The translations under genes and the position numbers were made by a program. From NCBI RefSeq assembly GCF_964355755.1, contig NC_092673.1:19651648-19715647 (forward strand): a stretch of DNA of 64,000 nucleotides, written 5' to 3'. Below the pieces are notes generated by a model. The model did not search any database and was not told the DNA's origin. It saw nothing but the letters and a program-made list of their open reading frames with translations. Source of the DNA: Antedon mediterranea. Its lineage: Eukaryota; Animalia; Echinodermata. How positions within the stretch are numbered: position 1 is the first letter of the stretch; every line of letters starts with the position of its first letter. Shown piece by piece: positions 12,401-27,400 of this stretch.

Positions 12401-15400
12401 TTTACCACAATATTTAGCAGCAATTGTTGTTGTTTGTATTAACAAAAAACAAACAATTTCACATAATGTCTGTTGTCAGTATTTATAAACCTTATTATGA
12501 TTCCTTTCCAGAATGGTGACACTCTATTACATTCATATCTGTGGAGTGTACGTACACCTACCTTAGAAATAGTGACTTGTCTCATTCAGCATGGGGCACC
12601 AGTAGCATTGCAAAATAAGGTATTGTACAGGGATTTGCTAGTGTAATAGGCTAACATTATATAGATCTGCTGAAGTAAACCATTCAGCAGTAATTGTTGT
12701 TGTTTGTATTTACCAAAAAAAAAACAATTTTACATAATGTCTGTTGTCAGTATTTATAAACTTCATTATGATTCCTTTCCAGGATGGTAACACTCTATTA
12801 CATTCATATCTGTGGAGTGTACGTACACCTACCTTAGAAATAGTGACTTGTCTCATTCAGCATGGGGCACCAGTAGCATTGCAAAATAAGGTATTGTACA
12901 GGGATTTGCTAGTGTAATAGGCTAACATTATTTTCTATTTTGTTCTGGTTTACCACATTATTTAGCAGTAATTTTTACTGTATTGTCTCATATTATGGCA
13001 TATCTGCAGCATTGCAAAATAGGGTAATGTAGGCTTACAAAGAATTGTCAGGACAATTTCACATTTTATTGTTATCAGTATTTATAAACTTCAACTTCAG
13101 TATCAATTAGCCTCCATATTAATCAATAGTATTACTACCTCAAAGAGTAGTATTATTTAATCAGACTTACAGATATAGAATTCTCAAGTGTTTGATTTTT
13201 TTCACATTTTTCTTTTTTTACACATAGCACATTCTAACAAGTTTGTTTTGATTTAGATATTCATTTATAAGTCAACTATAATTGTAATGTGTTGTTGTTG
13301 TTTTAATATTTCATTTGTATCTGGATAGTATCCAAATATTATTTTCTTTGAAAGTTTATAGTAAAACTATTTGTTGTTTTATATTATGGCTCAAACATTT
13401 TAACACATTTACCTACTGTTCCAAAGTAAACTTTTATTCAATTTATCTCTCTCTCTCTCAATGTTGAAGGCGGTAGACTATAAACGGCAGCGCTTAAGTT
13501 TTGGTTTGGATACAGGAGTTATAGGTGGCGCACTGTACAAGTTGATGTCATTTATTGGCAAATAGTAATTTCTATTCACGTCCTAATTTACAACCAATGT
13601 TAAAAAATAGTAAATCTACGTGTTATCACATGATGCTCTTTCATCCAATCTCTAGATGGTAAATGTTTGAGCCATGACTGTATGTATGTGATGCGTATTA
13701 AAGTGTGTTATATTGTATATCAATAATTTCTCAAAAACTACTAAGTAACTACACCCATTTTTTAATAGGATGGAAATACACCTGTCTCTGTTTTAGAAAT
13801 TAACAGGTGGATAGGGTACCAGAGAAAAACTGAAATTTTAAACTTCTTTAAAAGTAAGTGAAGTTTTAATTATTAAAATTTTGGAATCAACTAGTTTTCA
13901 TTACAAACGATAAAGATTTGATTTTTTGTCCCAAATGAAGAAGACTGTCCAGATAAAGAAAATTAACATTTATGATATCATTCACAGGTTCAGATGGCAA
14001 TAGATTAAATAATCCACTGGGATTGTAGTAAACATGGAAGTTGTGATATGTTGCAAGATGTAAAAACCTTATTTTTTATGATTTGAAAATTGCAAATAAA
14101 TTAGAAAAATTATTTTGCCATTACGATAAAAATACACAAAAATGCAAACTTTAAAATTCCTTTGAATTAACAATATTGAATAAATTTGGCCACACTTTTT
14201 TTTTATGGAACGTCATTTTTCACATCAAATCAATCTCTTTATTCATCAATACATCAAAACAATTATACATAAACAAATTAAAGATGTGAAGATGAAAGGG
14301 ACCTCCAAGAAACCCAAAGGGACTTGTGATAAAAGGACCACTATAAGCTAGTTACAAAAAAAACATACAAAAAATAAATTAATAAAATTAATAAAAATCC
14401 TGTATAGACAAATACACGGGATGCGCATTGTTAAAGAATATTTGAACTTTATTAATTGCATATAAATGTAAATGTAGAATATTTTTTTTTTAAATGTAAT
14501 CTATTTTATATATAATGGTATTATTTAAAATATGTATTCGCAATCGAGGCAAACAATTTACGATAGGAGGAGATAAATATTGAATTTAACAAGGCCATAT
14601 AGATGTCTGCAGTCGCTTGCTCAAGTTAGTGTTTACCAACCGACCGACATAGTGAGTTGTAGAGTGGCGTTGCACGTGACTAAAAATCTAATTTTCTTGT
14701 TAATCCCATTTTTTGTTTCCACAATGAATGAATTTTCTTCACATACTTTAAGCCAGCTTAAGAATTCTATTTCTCTGTATGTAAAATTAAGCATCATACA
14801 TAATGTATTTTACCTTGGCTCCTACTATTGTATTATCTTGCAACTTCTTATGCAAATAGGCACAAAATAATAAGTAATATTTGAGCATAAACGCTTAAAT
14901 AATTGTAAAAGTTGTTATAAATTAATGAGCTTTCAGTAGAGTACTTATACACAGAATAATAGAATATTGCATTCATATTTTGTTTCTTTTTCTTCCCAAC
15001 TTGTTGTTACTTTTTTCTGGGAGCCTAGGCTTAAAGTTTTATACTTTTAAGGTTTCCTTCCACACATACTATGTTTTATTAATTATTATCTTACATGTTT
15101 ATATAATTATTATTTTATGTATTTTTAATATGTGTGAAGAATATTTATTCAATATCTATTGAATATTGCATAAACGAATTAAATTGCAAATATTTATCCT
15201 TGGCTTGGTGTAGGCCTACTAAAAAAGGTTGAGAATACAGAACCAAAACTGATAGTAATGTATGACAAAGTGAACAAACTTTTATAGTCTAAGGAACTTT
15301 CTTAGTCAATACATACAAGATTAAACCATTAGGTAAGAGTTCAAAATCTATTTCAAAGACCCTTTCCTTACAATTTTCGACGTTTTGTAAAAATAATGGA

Positions 15401-18400
15401 ATATTACTTTAAAAACATTAAACCAGGTTATTCCTTGTCTTAGATGTACGTTTTATGGTAATTTATAATAAAATGAGAGAAACAATGTACTCGCAGTTTA
15501 TTTATTATTATATCGTTTATATAGCCTGATCGTACCAGATGTAGCGATAGCCAGTGGAACAAAGCAAATCATTAACTTGTTTAGCCCAACAATGTTCATT
15601 TTTATTAGTTTTTCTTAGTTGAAACGTGTAACATTTAAAAGGAAATCTATTTTTATCCATTTCAGTGATTTGTAACCAATAACGAATAATAGAAATAAAG
15701 CAATCAATGTTTAAGCGTAGTCTGCTTAATTCTGATCTAACAGCCACGCTGGGTGCGCTGTTTCCAATGCCTAAAATAAATCTTGAAAAACGTGTCTGTA
15801 AATGATCAATTGGTGATAAATTCGAAAAGCCCCATGTCTCACTCCCGTAAATTAAAATTGGTAAAACTTTGTCAAAAATGTGTTTCCATATATACTCTGG
15901 TAGGTATTTTGTTTTGCTATTAATTGATTGTAAATAGTACGTACGTTATTTGCTTTTTGACAATTGTGTTCAATTGTGTTATTCCACTGACCATTTGAAT
16001 TGAAAACCACTTCCAAGTAAGTATACGATTTAACAACTTCCATTTTAATGTTTATGTAATACTGTACCATTTTTCATATTTTCTTAATTTTTCACCTTTT
16101 TTAAATACCATTATTTTTTATTTGTTTACATTTACACTAAGACCCCATGTGTCACAACATATTTCCAATATAATTATTAAATTTTGTAAACCTTTACTGT
16201 GTCTGCGAATAGTAATAAATCAGCAGCATATAGCAGATGGTTTATAAAGCAATCCCCAAATGGTATTTTTTCGTTATTTTGATTTAGCTAGTAATTCATA
16301 AATATATTAAATAGAGATAATGGCAGGGGTGACCCTTGTTGTATTCCAATTGAACATTCAAATAGGAGCGTTAATGGTTTCCTATTTTTACATGCGCTAA
16401 TAATTGGAAACTAAATAATAATATATATTATATTATATACCGTTGCTTCAATAGGCTAAAATAGTCCTTGGCTGTACTGCTAATAACTAATTGTACTGTA
16501 TATTCATTACATTGGTTGTGGGGGGAGGGGCGGTGTTCTTCTAAACACCAAGCCCTTCAAAGTATAACTAAGCTCTACCAAGTGTATAAAGTGTATGTTT
16601 TACAAATATTTATATTATACAAACATTTAGAGTTTTTAATCAATTATGCAAGCAAGCAAGTATGACACATTGTACATTCTAGGCTGATGTTTAAATTTTT
16701 TATTTTTTAACAATTAATATTTACAAAAGTGTAGCGTATACACATAATGGGGAACTAACAACTGGGGACAGTGGGCACGTTTTCTGAGCGTGTTTTAGTA
16801 GGACCAGAAAAGCGCCCTTATTGTAAGTCTTTAAAGGTGCAATTCCAGGTCTATATTGACAAAATTGTTTGACATCAGCCTAAACCATGGTTGGGCTCGA
16901 GTTATCTTTATTGTGTTTTGACAAACAGGTATAAAAACAAAATTGATTTCTGGTCATAAAACAGAATATAAATAAAAACATTCAAAAAGTTCAAAGCATA
17001 TTGAAAACTTACAATAGATGTTTTTAATCGCATTTCCTACTGCCTCATTCTGAATCATACCAGTTATTCATTTCAGGATTACTTTATTTGCACTTTACCC
17101 ATTGAAACCATGCTAATCAACCGTATATTGCTATAATTTCAACGATTTAGATTCAGGATCGCTGTCAAAAAATGTTGCAAACGTCTATATGTTTGGATGA
17201 GTTTGAGTTCCACAATTTTTTTTAGGACATAATTTAAATTAATAACTGTAGTTGTTAACTGTATACATTGTAGTTAAAAATATACATTGTTATTATTATT
17301 ATTCAGAATGAATGATTGCTTGTACACAATCACCCAGAAGTTTTTGTAAGGCTTTGTATCACACAGAGCCTTATATAACCTTATACCATTGAAAAAAAAA
17401 AGCTATGACTTTTAATATAGTGTTTTTTATGAAAATATATAATATGTAATATTTTTGTTTTGTGCATTTTTTTAGATTTATCAAGTACTGTTGATGAGCA
17501 ATTTCAGAAACAGACAAGTGACAAACAGAAAACAAAACCAGAGAGTGGTAAGTTTAAGAATAAGAGCTGCTGTATGTTTTATGATTGTATCTATATATAA
17601 TTTAACAGAAGTGTGATTAAAATGGGATTTCAGTAAAGAGAGAATTAGATGCTAATGTTATTTAAAAAATCATTTCTGAGCGGTACTGTAAAAAGGCGAA
17701 AAAGTGTCCAACTGATAACAAATAAAAAATGGAGAGATTTTATTTATCATAAATAATAACAGTTGATTGTTTCCATTTCCAAGAATGCTCGGAAACACAT
17801 ATTTTTTATTTCATATTCTTGAAGTGTATGTATCATATATATGATTTATTATGAAATTAAGAGTACAAAAGTTGATAAAGTCATCGTTAATTGCATTTTA
17901 AATTCAAAAAAATTTATTTCGACAATCAAAAATTTATGACATTTTCTTAGGCCGAAATAACAAACTTTAACTTTCTTCCTTCAAAATAAAAGTTCATATA
18001 TTAAAGTTAAAAGTATATAGTTTGACAGTGCATCGTTTTTTAACATTTTTAAAGATGTCATCATAGTAAAAAATTATAATTCAATGCGTTATGTAATAAT
18101 CTATCTGCGCCAAAGTGGTTACTGCATAGTAAATACACGGAGGAATCTTTCTACAACTTTTAGTCAGTTGTGTATGGCTCGGTGGTCTGTGCTCGTGTCT
18201 ATGGCATTCAAGGTACCGAGATCGAGTCTCACATTGGGAAAGGAAATAAGATTTTTTTTAATATCCGTATTGTTTGTTCAATTTTATTTGTTAGTGTATA
18301 GATTATACACATAATTTATAATGAAATCTAGATAAAAAGTAAGTAATGTCTTTATTACTATGTAACAATGTTGTATGACATTATACGCGGAGGGATCTTT

Positions 18401-21400
18401 GATCGGATTGTGATACCGGCTATTGCGTTAGCAAGATCCTATATTATAAATATTTAAAGATTCTGAGAAAATCAATCAATCAATATATCTTTTAAAAATC
18501 AATTATCTTTATTTAAATCAATGCATATAACCTAATTCTAGTTTTTTTTTACTTTATTTACTCCAGATGTTTAAAAAATCTATTAAAATCTTGATTCAAT
18601 TTTCAGATATTGCTGCACGTGAATTAGATTTTCAGAAAGCATACAATGAAGCCTTGAAAGATGGATCCGTTCCAGTCAATCTTGGAATGCTTAAAGTGAT
18701 TGGGCAAGAAGGAGTGGGTAAAACATGCCTCATCAATGCATGTCTTGGAAAAGAGTAAGTAGTAGTAGTAGGACAGTGAAATGAACATTACAAAATATTT
18801 GTGAGTCAACTAAGAATTACAAGCCAGCCAACTTTATTGATTTGTTTTTGATAAACTACCACTTTTTAAATATTGCAGTGATAGATAACAATAGTTGAAT
18901 AAAAACGTCTATAAATATATAAATCGGTTTCTACAATAATCATAATACCATCAAATTTTCTATTGATTATAGAATTTACTTTTAGGCTTGTATTTAAAAA
19001 AAAGATCATACGAATGGTCGGATAACTTGACTTCCTAAATGTATAATTAATGAATATATTAAAATGGTTTTGAAGTAAAAGGAGAAAAGTGCATGTTTTA
19101 CAGTACCTGTACTTAAAATGACTGAAGTTCATAGTTGGTTTCAAATATTTTTGTCAGATTTGAGGAAAAGCATGTAGTTACAGATGGCATAGCGGTGATA
19201 AGAACAGCAAGCACAACATGGACAGAGGCTAAAGCTGATAGTGGTAAACATGAATACATTTAGCATATTACTCTTCCCACCATCATACGTTATGTAACAA
19301 TATTATCAATAATAATTATTATCATAGACACAGACAAGTTCACAATGAAATGGAGACATAGAATTGAAATCAATGCATACAACTGTAGTATGGTGTCATA
19401 TTTTCACATACATTACAATTGTTACTCTATGATTCCTTTATAACGCACAAGTTACTGTACTGTATGTTACATTCTTTGATGATGTACTGTAATTGTAATT
19501 TTACTTCGACAGTAGTAAAATATCCAAAGTATAGTCACATATGAACGTATGTACTGAAATAATATTTACACACTTTCTCTTTCTCTACAGGTGATCCTTC
19601 AAAACAGTATACAAAAATGGTCACTGACAAATTGAGAGCAAAGGAAACTGTACGCGTATGTCAGTAATAATGAATAAAGTAGCACCTACAGGACTATTGC
19701 AAACCAGTCACTTAGGCTTTCTTTCTAAATGAATCAATGAGGCATTATGAGCAGCTATTTCATTTTTTTTGCTTCAATGCTTTTAAAATTTACTCTAAAA
19801 ATTAATTTGGTTTTGCTTTTGAGAGTAAATAATATTAGTTTTCTCTTATATTAAATTGTAAACAATACTGTATTTAACTTTGAATAAACATTTATTTCTT
19901 TTTTATATCCATTTATTGTTTTTGTTTTATGTGTCAGATTGACATGAGACCACCTATAGATGATAATGATGAAAACAATGATGATAGCAAAACTGATGAC
20001 AACAATGATGACAACAATGATGGTATGTAACTTTCCATTTCAATTCTAATTATGCTTACATTTTTTTTTACATAAATAAGTTGCAATTATCAGTTTGCAA
20101 TTTCTGTCATATTAAAGATTGTCCCCAAAAACATGTTAAAAACAATTTATTAAATTCAGACTTTGAATAGATTCTTTTGTAGTCAATCACTTCTGTAGGG
20201 AAAAAAAAGGAAACAATTAATGTTTTCACTTATAAAATAACAAAATAAATGGTTAAATTCAACCAAAAACCCATTGACTGGCTGTCATTTTGACTATTTT
20301 TTTTTTAAAATTACAGTTTTTTAGGTAAATACATTTTTTTACAATCCATTTTTTGGTCAAAGTGGATAACTATTAGGTGATATTAAAATGGCATATTAAA
20401 AAAACAATTATTTTTTTCAAGGGGACAATACTTCTTTAAGTTCATAGTTATTCAAAATAATAAGATTATTAATTAGATTTTCCAATTTAATGTAACTAAA
20501 GAAGTATAAAATTATGTTATCAGATTTATAACTTAGAGGCAACCTATCTGTGTAACAATTATGGTGACGGTAATTTAGAGAAAACATGGCGGCGGCCATC
20601 CCACTCCTAGACAGTCCAAAGACGCTGTACATGGAGGCTTGATGGGCATGTTTCTTAGTTAGCAAAGTTAAACAAAGATGAACTAAAACACCTAATTAAA
20701 ACCTTAAAAGGGGCTTACAAAGATGCTTATTTGTTTGTATGAATCTAGAAGAATCAAAGTGAATTCACAGTCTACACCTACTATATAATATACATAAATA
20801 TATACTTGGCTTATACAAATGTGCAGATTAATAGTTTGTACATATTAAAGTATCCTTTTATATCTACCATCCCCTTTCGCTTACCGTCCCGGTGCGAAAG
20901 CTCATATGATGATAATGAAGACAACTATACTCATAGTAACTTTTTAACTGACTGATTAAATATGATGAATTAAAATTTTTGAAATAAAATTATGCTTGTT
21001 ACGCTGTTTGTGGAATGACCAAAAAATTTGTTTCCACTACAGGTACTGATACAGCTACTCAAGCTGTTCCATTTGATACAGATCAACAATTAGATAAGGA
21101 TGTAATCAAGAAAGTTGAGGAAAATAATGAGGAGACTTTGGAAGAAACATTCAACATCTGGGACCATGGGGGACAATTAATATACCATGGTCTACATCGG
21201 GTAAGTAGGTTTCTGTACAGACTAACATGATTGTATGGCCAAGGTATAGTTGGTCTCCCGTCATGCTGATCTGGTAGGCGCTTCACTGCTGGCTGCCGTT
21301 GGTCAGTGTCAGTGGTCAAGCTCACTTTTCAGTTAAGCTTGAGGACAACTATTAATACCTTTACCTTTTACCTTTATGAAAGTCTTTATTATATTAATAT

Positions 21401-24400
21401 GTATTGTCCCCTGAAAAAATAATTCTTAACAATTTTTTTTTTAATATTCCATTTTAATGTAACATTATAGTTATCCACTTTGACCACAAATTGGATCGGA
21501 AAAAAAAATTTATATACCTGAAAAAATGTAATTTAAAGCAAAAAATTGTCAAATTGGCTACCAGCCAATGGATTTTTATATTTTGTCAATTTATAAGTGA
21601 AAAAATTATTTTTTTCGTTTTTTTTTTTCAATGGAAGTGATTAACTTTATTAAAACTACAAAATAAATATTCAAATTCTGATTTAATTAATCTTCATTTT
21701 TCATGTTTTTGGGGGACAATACATCTTTAAGGTCCACATACAAATAAAAATAATATTTGTTCATATGTTGTCAAAAGGCCTTCAAGAATATTAATCAGTC
21801 AATATTTAAATATTTTTGCAGATGTTCATGACACTTCAAGCACTATATATTGTTGTGTTTGATCTCAGTAAACCCTTGGATGATCTTGCTACTTTCATTG
21901 ATTCATCTGGAGTAAGTATTTCTAGACCATGGCGGAAGTAAGGTATTGTGATTGAACAAGTCTTTTATAAGAACAGTTTTTAAAAACTAAGCATTTCAAG
22001 TTTAACTGTGGTTAATTGTTCTGTAATTCTTTTTCAGAGGAAATTTCAACATCATTGGACCAATCTCCAGTTCATATTATCTTACATCCTGTCAGTTTAT
22101 TCTCATAGTCGTATTGTGGAAGAAGATGAGGAAAATGAAGTTGACAAACCAACTATCCTTATTGTGGGTACACACAAGGGTAAGCTTGGTAAGACTGAAG
22201 AAGAACAAAATGATGAGGTTAATACTTTTTTTGTTTCTATATTATTAAAAATAGCCACAACCAAAGATACATTGCAGTTATAACTGTTTTTAAATATTAC
22301 TTTAAATAAATTACAAAATTGACACATTTTTATTATGATATAGGCGTAAACTGTTATAAAAATTATTTACAAACAGGCAGAAAAGGTGTTTAAAATTATT
22401 CAAGATGTGCTTAAAACTAAACCATATGGAAATCATGTCTACTACAAATATTTTGCCATTGAAAACAGCCAAGAAACTACAGATAAGAGCTTTAGTGATT
22501 TCAAACAAGTTACTGATACACTTATGAAAGCTTTAGAACAGCCTTTTCCTTTAAAGTGGATGCGTTTTCGATGTGATCTACATGATCTAAGAGGACAAAA
22601 ACAGCCCTCCTTTTCTTTGTGTCCTTTAAAAGAGGTAAATGGTATTTGTTTTGTTTATATTTTTCGAAATATTAAGTTGCAAGTATCTATCAAGTATCTA
22701 AAAAAAAAATTAACGTTTCTAAATATAAGTACCCTTTAATTAAAAAATGTCCATAGCCTAGCCAATTAGATTACAATATTCAAAATCAAATTTTCATCTC
22801 AGATATTTGCTGCCATTGTTTTATTTATAAATTATGTGTTTGAAAATACTGAGGTAATTAGCCATTGAAATTGAATATTTCAAACTATTTTTTCATGTAA
22901 TACCCACATTTTTTATTTAATTCTGCATAATACTAATTATTATTTCTTTTAGATCAAAATTCTGACAAGTAAGAATGGTATTGTTGAAGAAAAAAACAAA
23001 TCAGTCCTGCTTAACTTCTTGTACGATCTTGGTGAAATTGTTTACATGCCTGACAACAAATTATTAAGAGATAAAGTCGTGCTAGATCCGATGAGGCTGG
23101 TTGAAATTGTCACCAAATTTGTAACTGTGGTTCCCCCAAAATATCCCGTAAGTAGACTCATGTAATGTCTTGCATTGTAAAAACGTGTTACAGTAGTATA
23201 ATTACTCCTGTTCTGTGTAATTTATTATTCCTTAGCAAAGAATTTGTCATTGATAATATTTGATAGAGATGCTTAACATTTTCTATAGATAAAATAAATG
23301 TATGCCGTAAGGCATCATTTGTAATTTACTGTAATTTTTTTACAAGTTTTAATTAGTTCACTTTTAATATTCTGCTTTCAATCTATTATAATTGAAGAAC
23401 TATAAAAGTGAATAGCAAACTAACTTGGAGTCATTTCACAGTTTAACCCTTTTACTGCGTGTACCCGGTATTACCGGGTATAAACATGTCGTCCAACTGC
23501 ATATAACCATCATTACCGGGTATGCCGGTATTAAACTATTTTCCTGCACTACATGTGACCTCTATATTTTTTAATATCGTCTTCTGTAATGATGTCATTA
23601 GTATGCAAATTACCATTTTTTTACCCACCACAAAAATATTTACAAAATTATCTCATTTAGTAGGTTTTTGCAATTTATTAAAAATCACCTGTCTCTCATT
23701 GTTACGCACAGTGAAAGGGTTAAACCACAATACTGTATTATACCAAATACCAACACATGGTTCATCTATATTCTAAATGCTATTTCCGTCATCCTCACAA
23801 AATACGATGCATGGTTGATAGTTGGTTTCTTTTTAGACCGCTAAATTTAGAGAATCTTTTGATAAGCTGGACAAAGGCATACTGGAAGAAGACTTGTTGC
23901 GAAAATTATGGAAAGATAGTAAAGTTGACAACGGAAAGAATTTTGAGTTCCTTGTAGCACTGATGATTCAATTAGGTTTCATTTGTGAGAGGGAGACAAC
24001 CAGCAGCCAAGATGTGGCAAGTACATCTACAGTAGGTTTTGTTTCTTTAATCTTTCATTTTATGCATGTAAGATTTGGGATAAAAAGTATTATTTTAATA
24101 GTTTGGATGTTTAATGTTCAGACAAAGTTTGAATAAACTTTCTAATGAAAATGTCTACATGACAGAGTATCTTTAGTTTGCTTAAAATAGTTTAAATGGC
24201 ATTGTTACAAATTAACAATTTCAGAAATCAGTTGGAAAACGATCCTTTTTTGTGCCACTGCGACTTGCTATCAAGACAAGTAAAGTGAGACAATTACCTG
24301 ATGATTCACAATCTATCAGCAGGCCTATCTATTATGACTTTGAGGGATATCTGCCAGACGTGTTGTTTCCGTATTTAATTATTGAATTCCTTAACAAATT

Positions 24401-27400
24401 TCAAAAGGAAGGAGTTAACCCAATACTCGCATGTAATTATGCAGAACTTTACCTCGACGAAAATCATCATGTGACTTTGTCTCTTGACAAATTTATTACT
24501 AAGAATGATGAGCGAAAGTTCTTGTTAAAGGTAATATATAATCTCTAATGTTCAATAAATATCACTAAATTATGAAAGTTAAATATTGTTTCTTAGTCTT
24601 TCCCTAATCTGTCATGTCAGAATCTACTTTAAATGCATATAAAACTAAAACTAAATTCTGATAACAAAACATTACATCTATTTTTACTTTCTAGATGGCT
24701 ATTAAAAGAACAGATTCTTTTGATGAAACGAGTAATGAGGAGCCTTCAGCTGAAGCATGTAAATTGGTATGTATCTATACCAGTTACGTTATCTATCTAT
24801 TTGGAGGTAGTTTATGAAAATGTCAGGTTTGCTTGATGTCTGAAAATGTCTGCATATATACAATGTATTTTAAAAACCAATTACAAATTACTTTCCAACA
24901 TTGCATTGTATAGTATAATAATGAATGTTTATGAGATGGATGGTAAGAATATTTTATGAGTTGAAAGATTGACTGCACTATTTTTAACAAAGCAGAGCCG
25001 AAAATAGAGCAGTCAATGAATAACATATTCTCTCCATTCAACGAATGCAAAACATTCATTATTTATTTTATAACACACCTATTTTTTATTAAATTTATCC
25101 ATCGTAAATCAGTGACGAATGTTAGGCCCGGGAAGCTAGATCATTTAAAAAGGCGATGATCCAACTTTGGACACGGAGTAGAACCGTAAACAGCGTAAAC
25201 AAATTACATCCATGTTCTCTTTTATTTTTGTAATTGAATTAGTAAGTAATTTTAATATGTATCTGCCTATTAAAAGATTTATTCCCAATCAAGTTTTCAG
25301 ATTTACACCATAAATCTGAAAACATTGCCTGCCTCACATTACATAAAATGTCTAGCTTTGTAAGCTACTGCATCATTGATGCTTTCATATTTGTTGATAT
25401 GATATGTGTTAAATTCAATTAAATTCAAATCAACATTAAATTTATATCTTTAGGTTTTGTCAACAGTTGAGAAGTCATTCGAGCAATCTAAAGATGGTGG
25501 TAGAAGAGGGATTCCATTCAAGAGATGCATTCCTTGTCGGTGTAGTGATCAATTAGACAAAAAGCATTTTCAAATTCTTAAAGATTTCCAATGCAGGAAG
25601 TTTACATGCACAGAAACTGGCAAGTCTGTTACGATGGATGTCACATGTTACAAGCGGCTGTTTGGAGGTAAGAGTCATTAAATTTATTTATTTTTATTAA
25701 GTACATTTTCATTAATACACTACTTTCTTCATGAAGGACTCTCACTCATCCCTAGAGCACAGGAAACTGAAAAAAAAAAGGCTATTTCTGTTCTATAAAC
25801 AATTTGTGACCTATTTCTGCAAAAAAGTGACATGTTTAAATAATTATAGAATAGAAAAAGAGGATACTGTACCTTATTTGAAAATAGACATATTTGATAA
25901 TACTCTTCCAGTAGTAGTACAACAATCATTATTGATAATCTATACATTGTTACAACATGCTGCTATTAGCTGTGATATCTTCATTCATCTTACCAGTAGT
26001 AGTACTATCATAATCATTATTAATAATCTATACATTGTTACAACATGCTGCTATTAGCTTTGATATCTTCATTCCTCTTACCAGTAGTAGTACTATCAGA
26101 ATCATTATTGATAATCTATACATTGTTACAACATGCTGCTATTAGCTGTGATATCTTCATTCCTCTTACCAGTAGTAGTACTATCAGAATCATTATTGAT
26201 AATCTATACATTGTTACAACATGCTGCTATTAGCTGTGATATCTTCATTCCTCTTACCAGTAGTAGTACTATCAGAATCATTATTGATAATCTATACATT
26301 GTTACAACATGCTGCTATTAGTTGTGATATCTTCATTCCTCTTACCAGTAGTAGTACTATCAGAATCATTATTGATAATCTATACATTGTTACAACATGC
26401 TGCTATTAGTTGTGATATCTTCATTCCTCTTACCAGTAGTAGTACTATCAGAATCATTATTGATAATCTATACATTGTTACAACATGCTGCTATTAGCTG
26501 TGATATCTTCATTCCTCTTACCAGTAGTAGTACTAGCAGAATCATTATTGATAATCTATACATTGTTACAACATGCTGCTATTAGCTGTGATATCTTCAT
26601 TCCTCTTACCAGTAGTAGTACTATCAGAATCATTATTGATAATCTATACATTGTTACAACATGCTGCTATTAGCTGTGATATCTTCATTCCTCTTACCAG
26701 TAGCAGTACTATCAGAATCATTATTGATAATCTATACATTGTTACAACATGCTGCTATTAGCTGTGATATCTTCATTCCTCTTACCAGTAGTAGTACTAT
26801 CGGAATCATTATTGATAATCTATACATTGTTACAACATGCTGCTATTAGCTGTGATATCTACGAAAGCCCATTAATGCCATTTTAAGTATATGTTTTTCG
26901 AACGTAATCCGTTCTAACGAATTAGTAATTCGTTTGAACGGATTAATAATCTGTTCAAACGAATTAGTAATCCGTTCAAACGAATTGCAACATATACAAC
27001 AAGTGCCATTTAAAGTATATGTTGTAATTCGTTTAAACGGATTACTAATCCGTTCAAACGAATTACTAATTTGTTTAAACGGATTACTAATTTGTTCAAA
27101 CGAATTATTAATTCGTTCAAACGAATTACTAATTTGTTTAAACGGATTACTAATTTGTTTAAACGAATTAATAATTTGTTTAAACGGATTACTAATTCGT
27201 TCAAACGAATTAGTAATCCGTTTAAACAAATTAATAATTTGTTTAAACAAATTAATAATTTGTTTAAACGGATTACTAATCTGTTTGAACGAATTAGTAA
27301 TTCGTTTGAACGAATTAGTAATCTGTTTAAACAAATTAGTAATTTGTTTAAACAAATTAATAATTTGTTTAAACGGATTACTAATTCGTTTAAACGAATT

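Noticed and set aside
18607-25667. Calling gene 1 DAPK1, LRRK or MFHAS1
   Set aside because: No kinase or LRR exons were found and the C-terminus is a tandem DED-like pair, so no ortholog symbol is justified.
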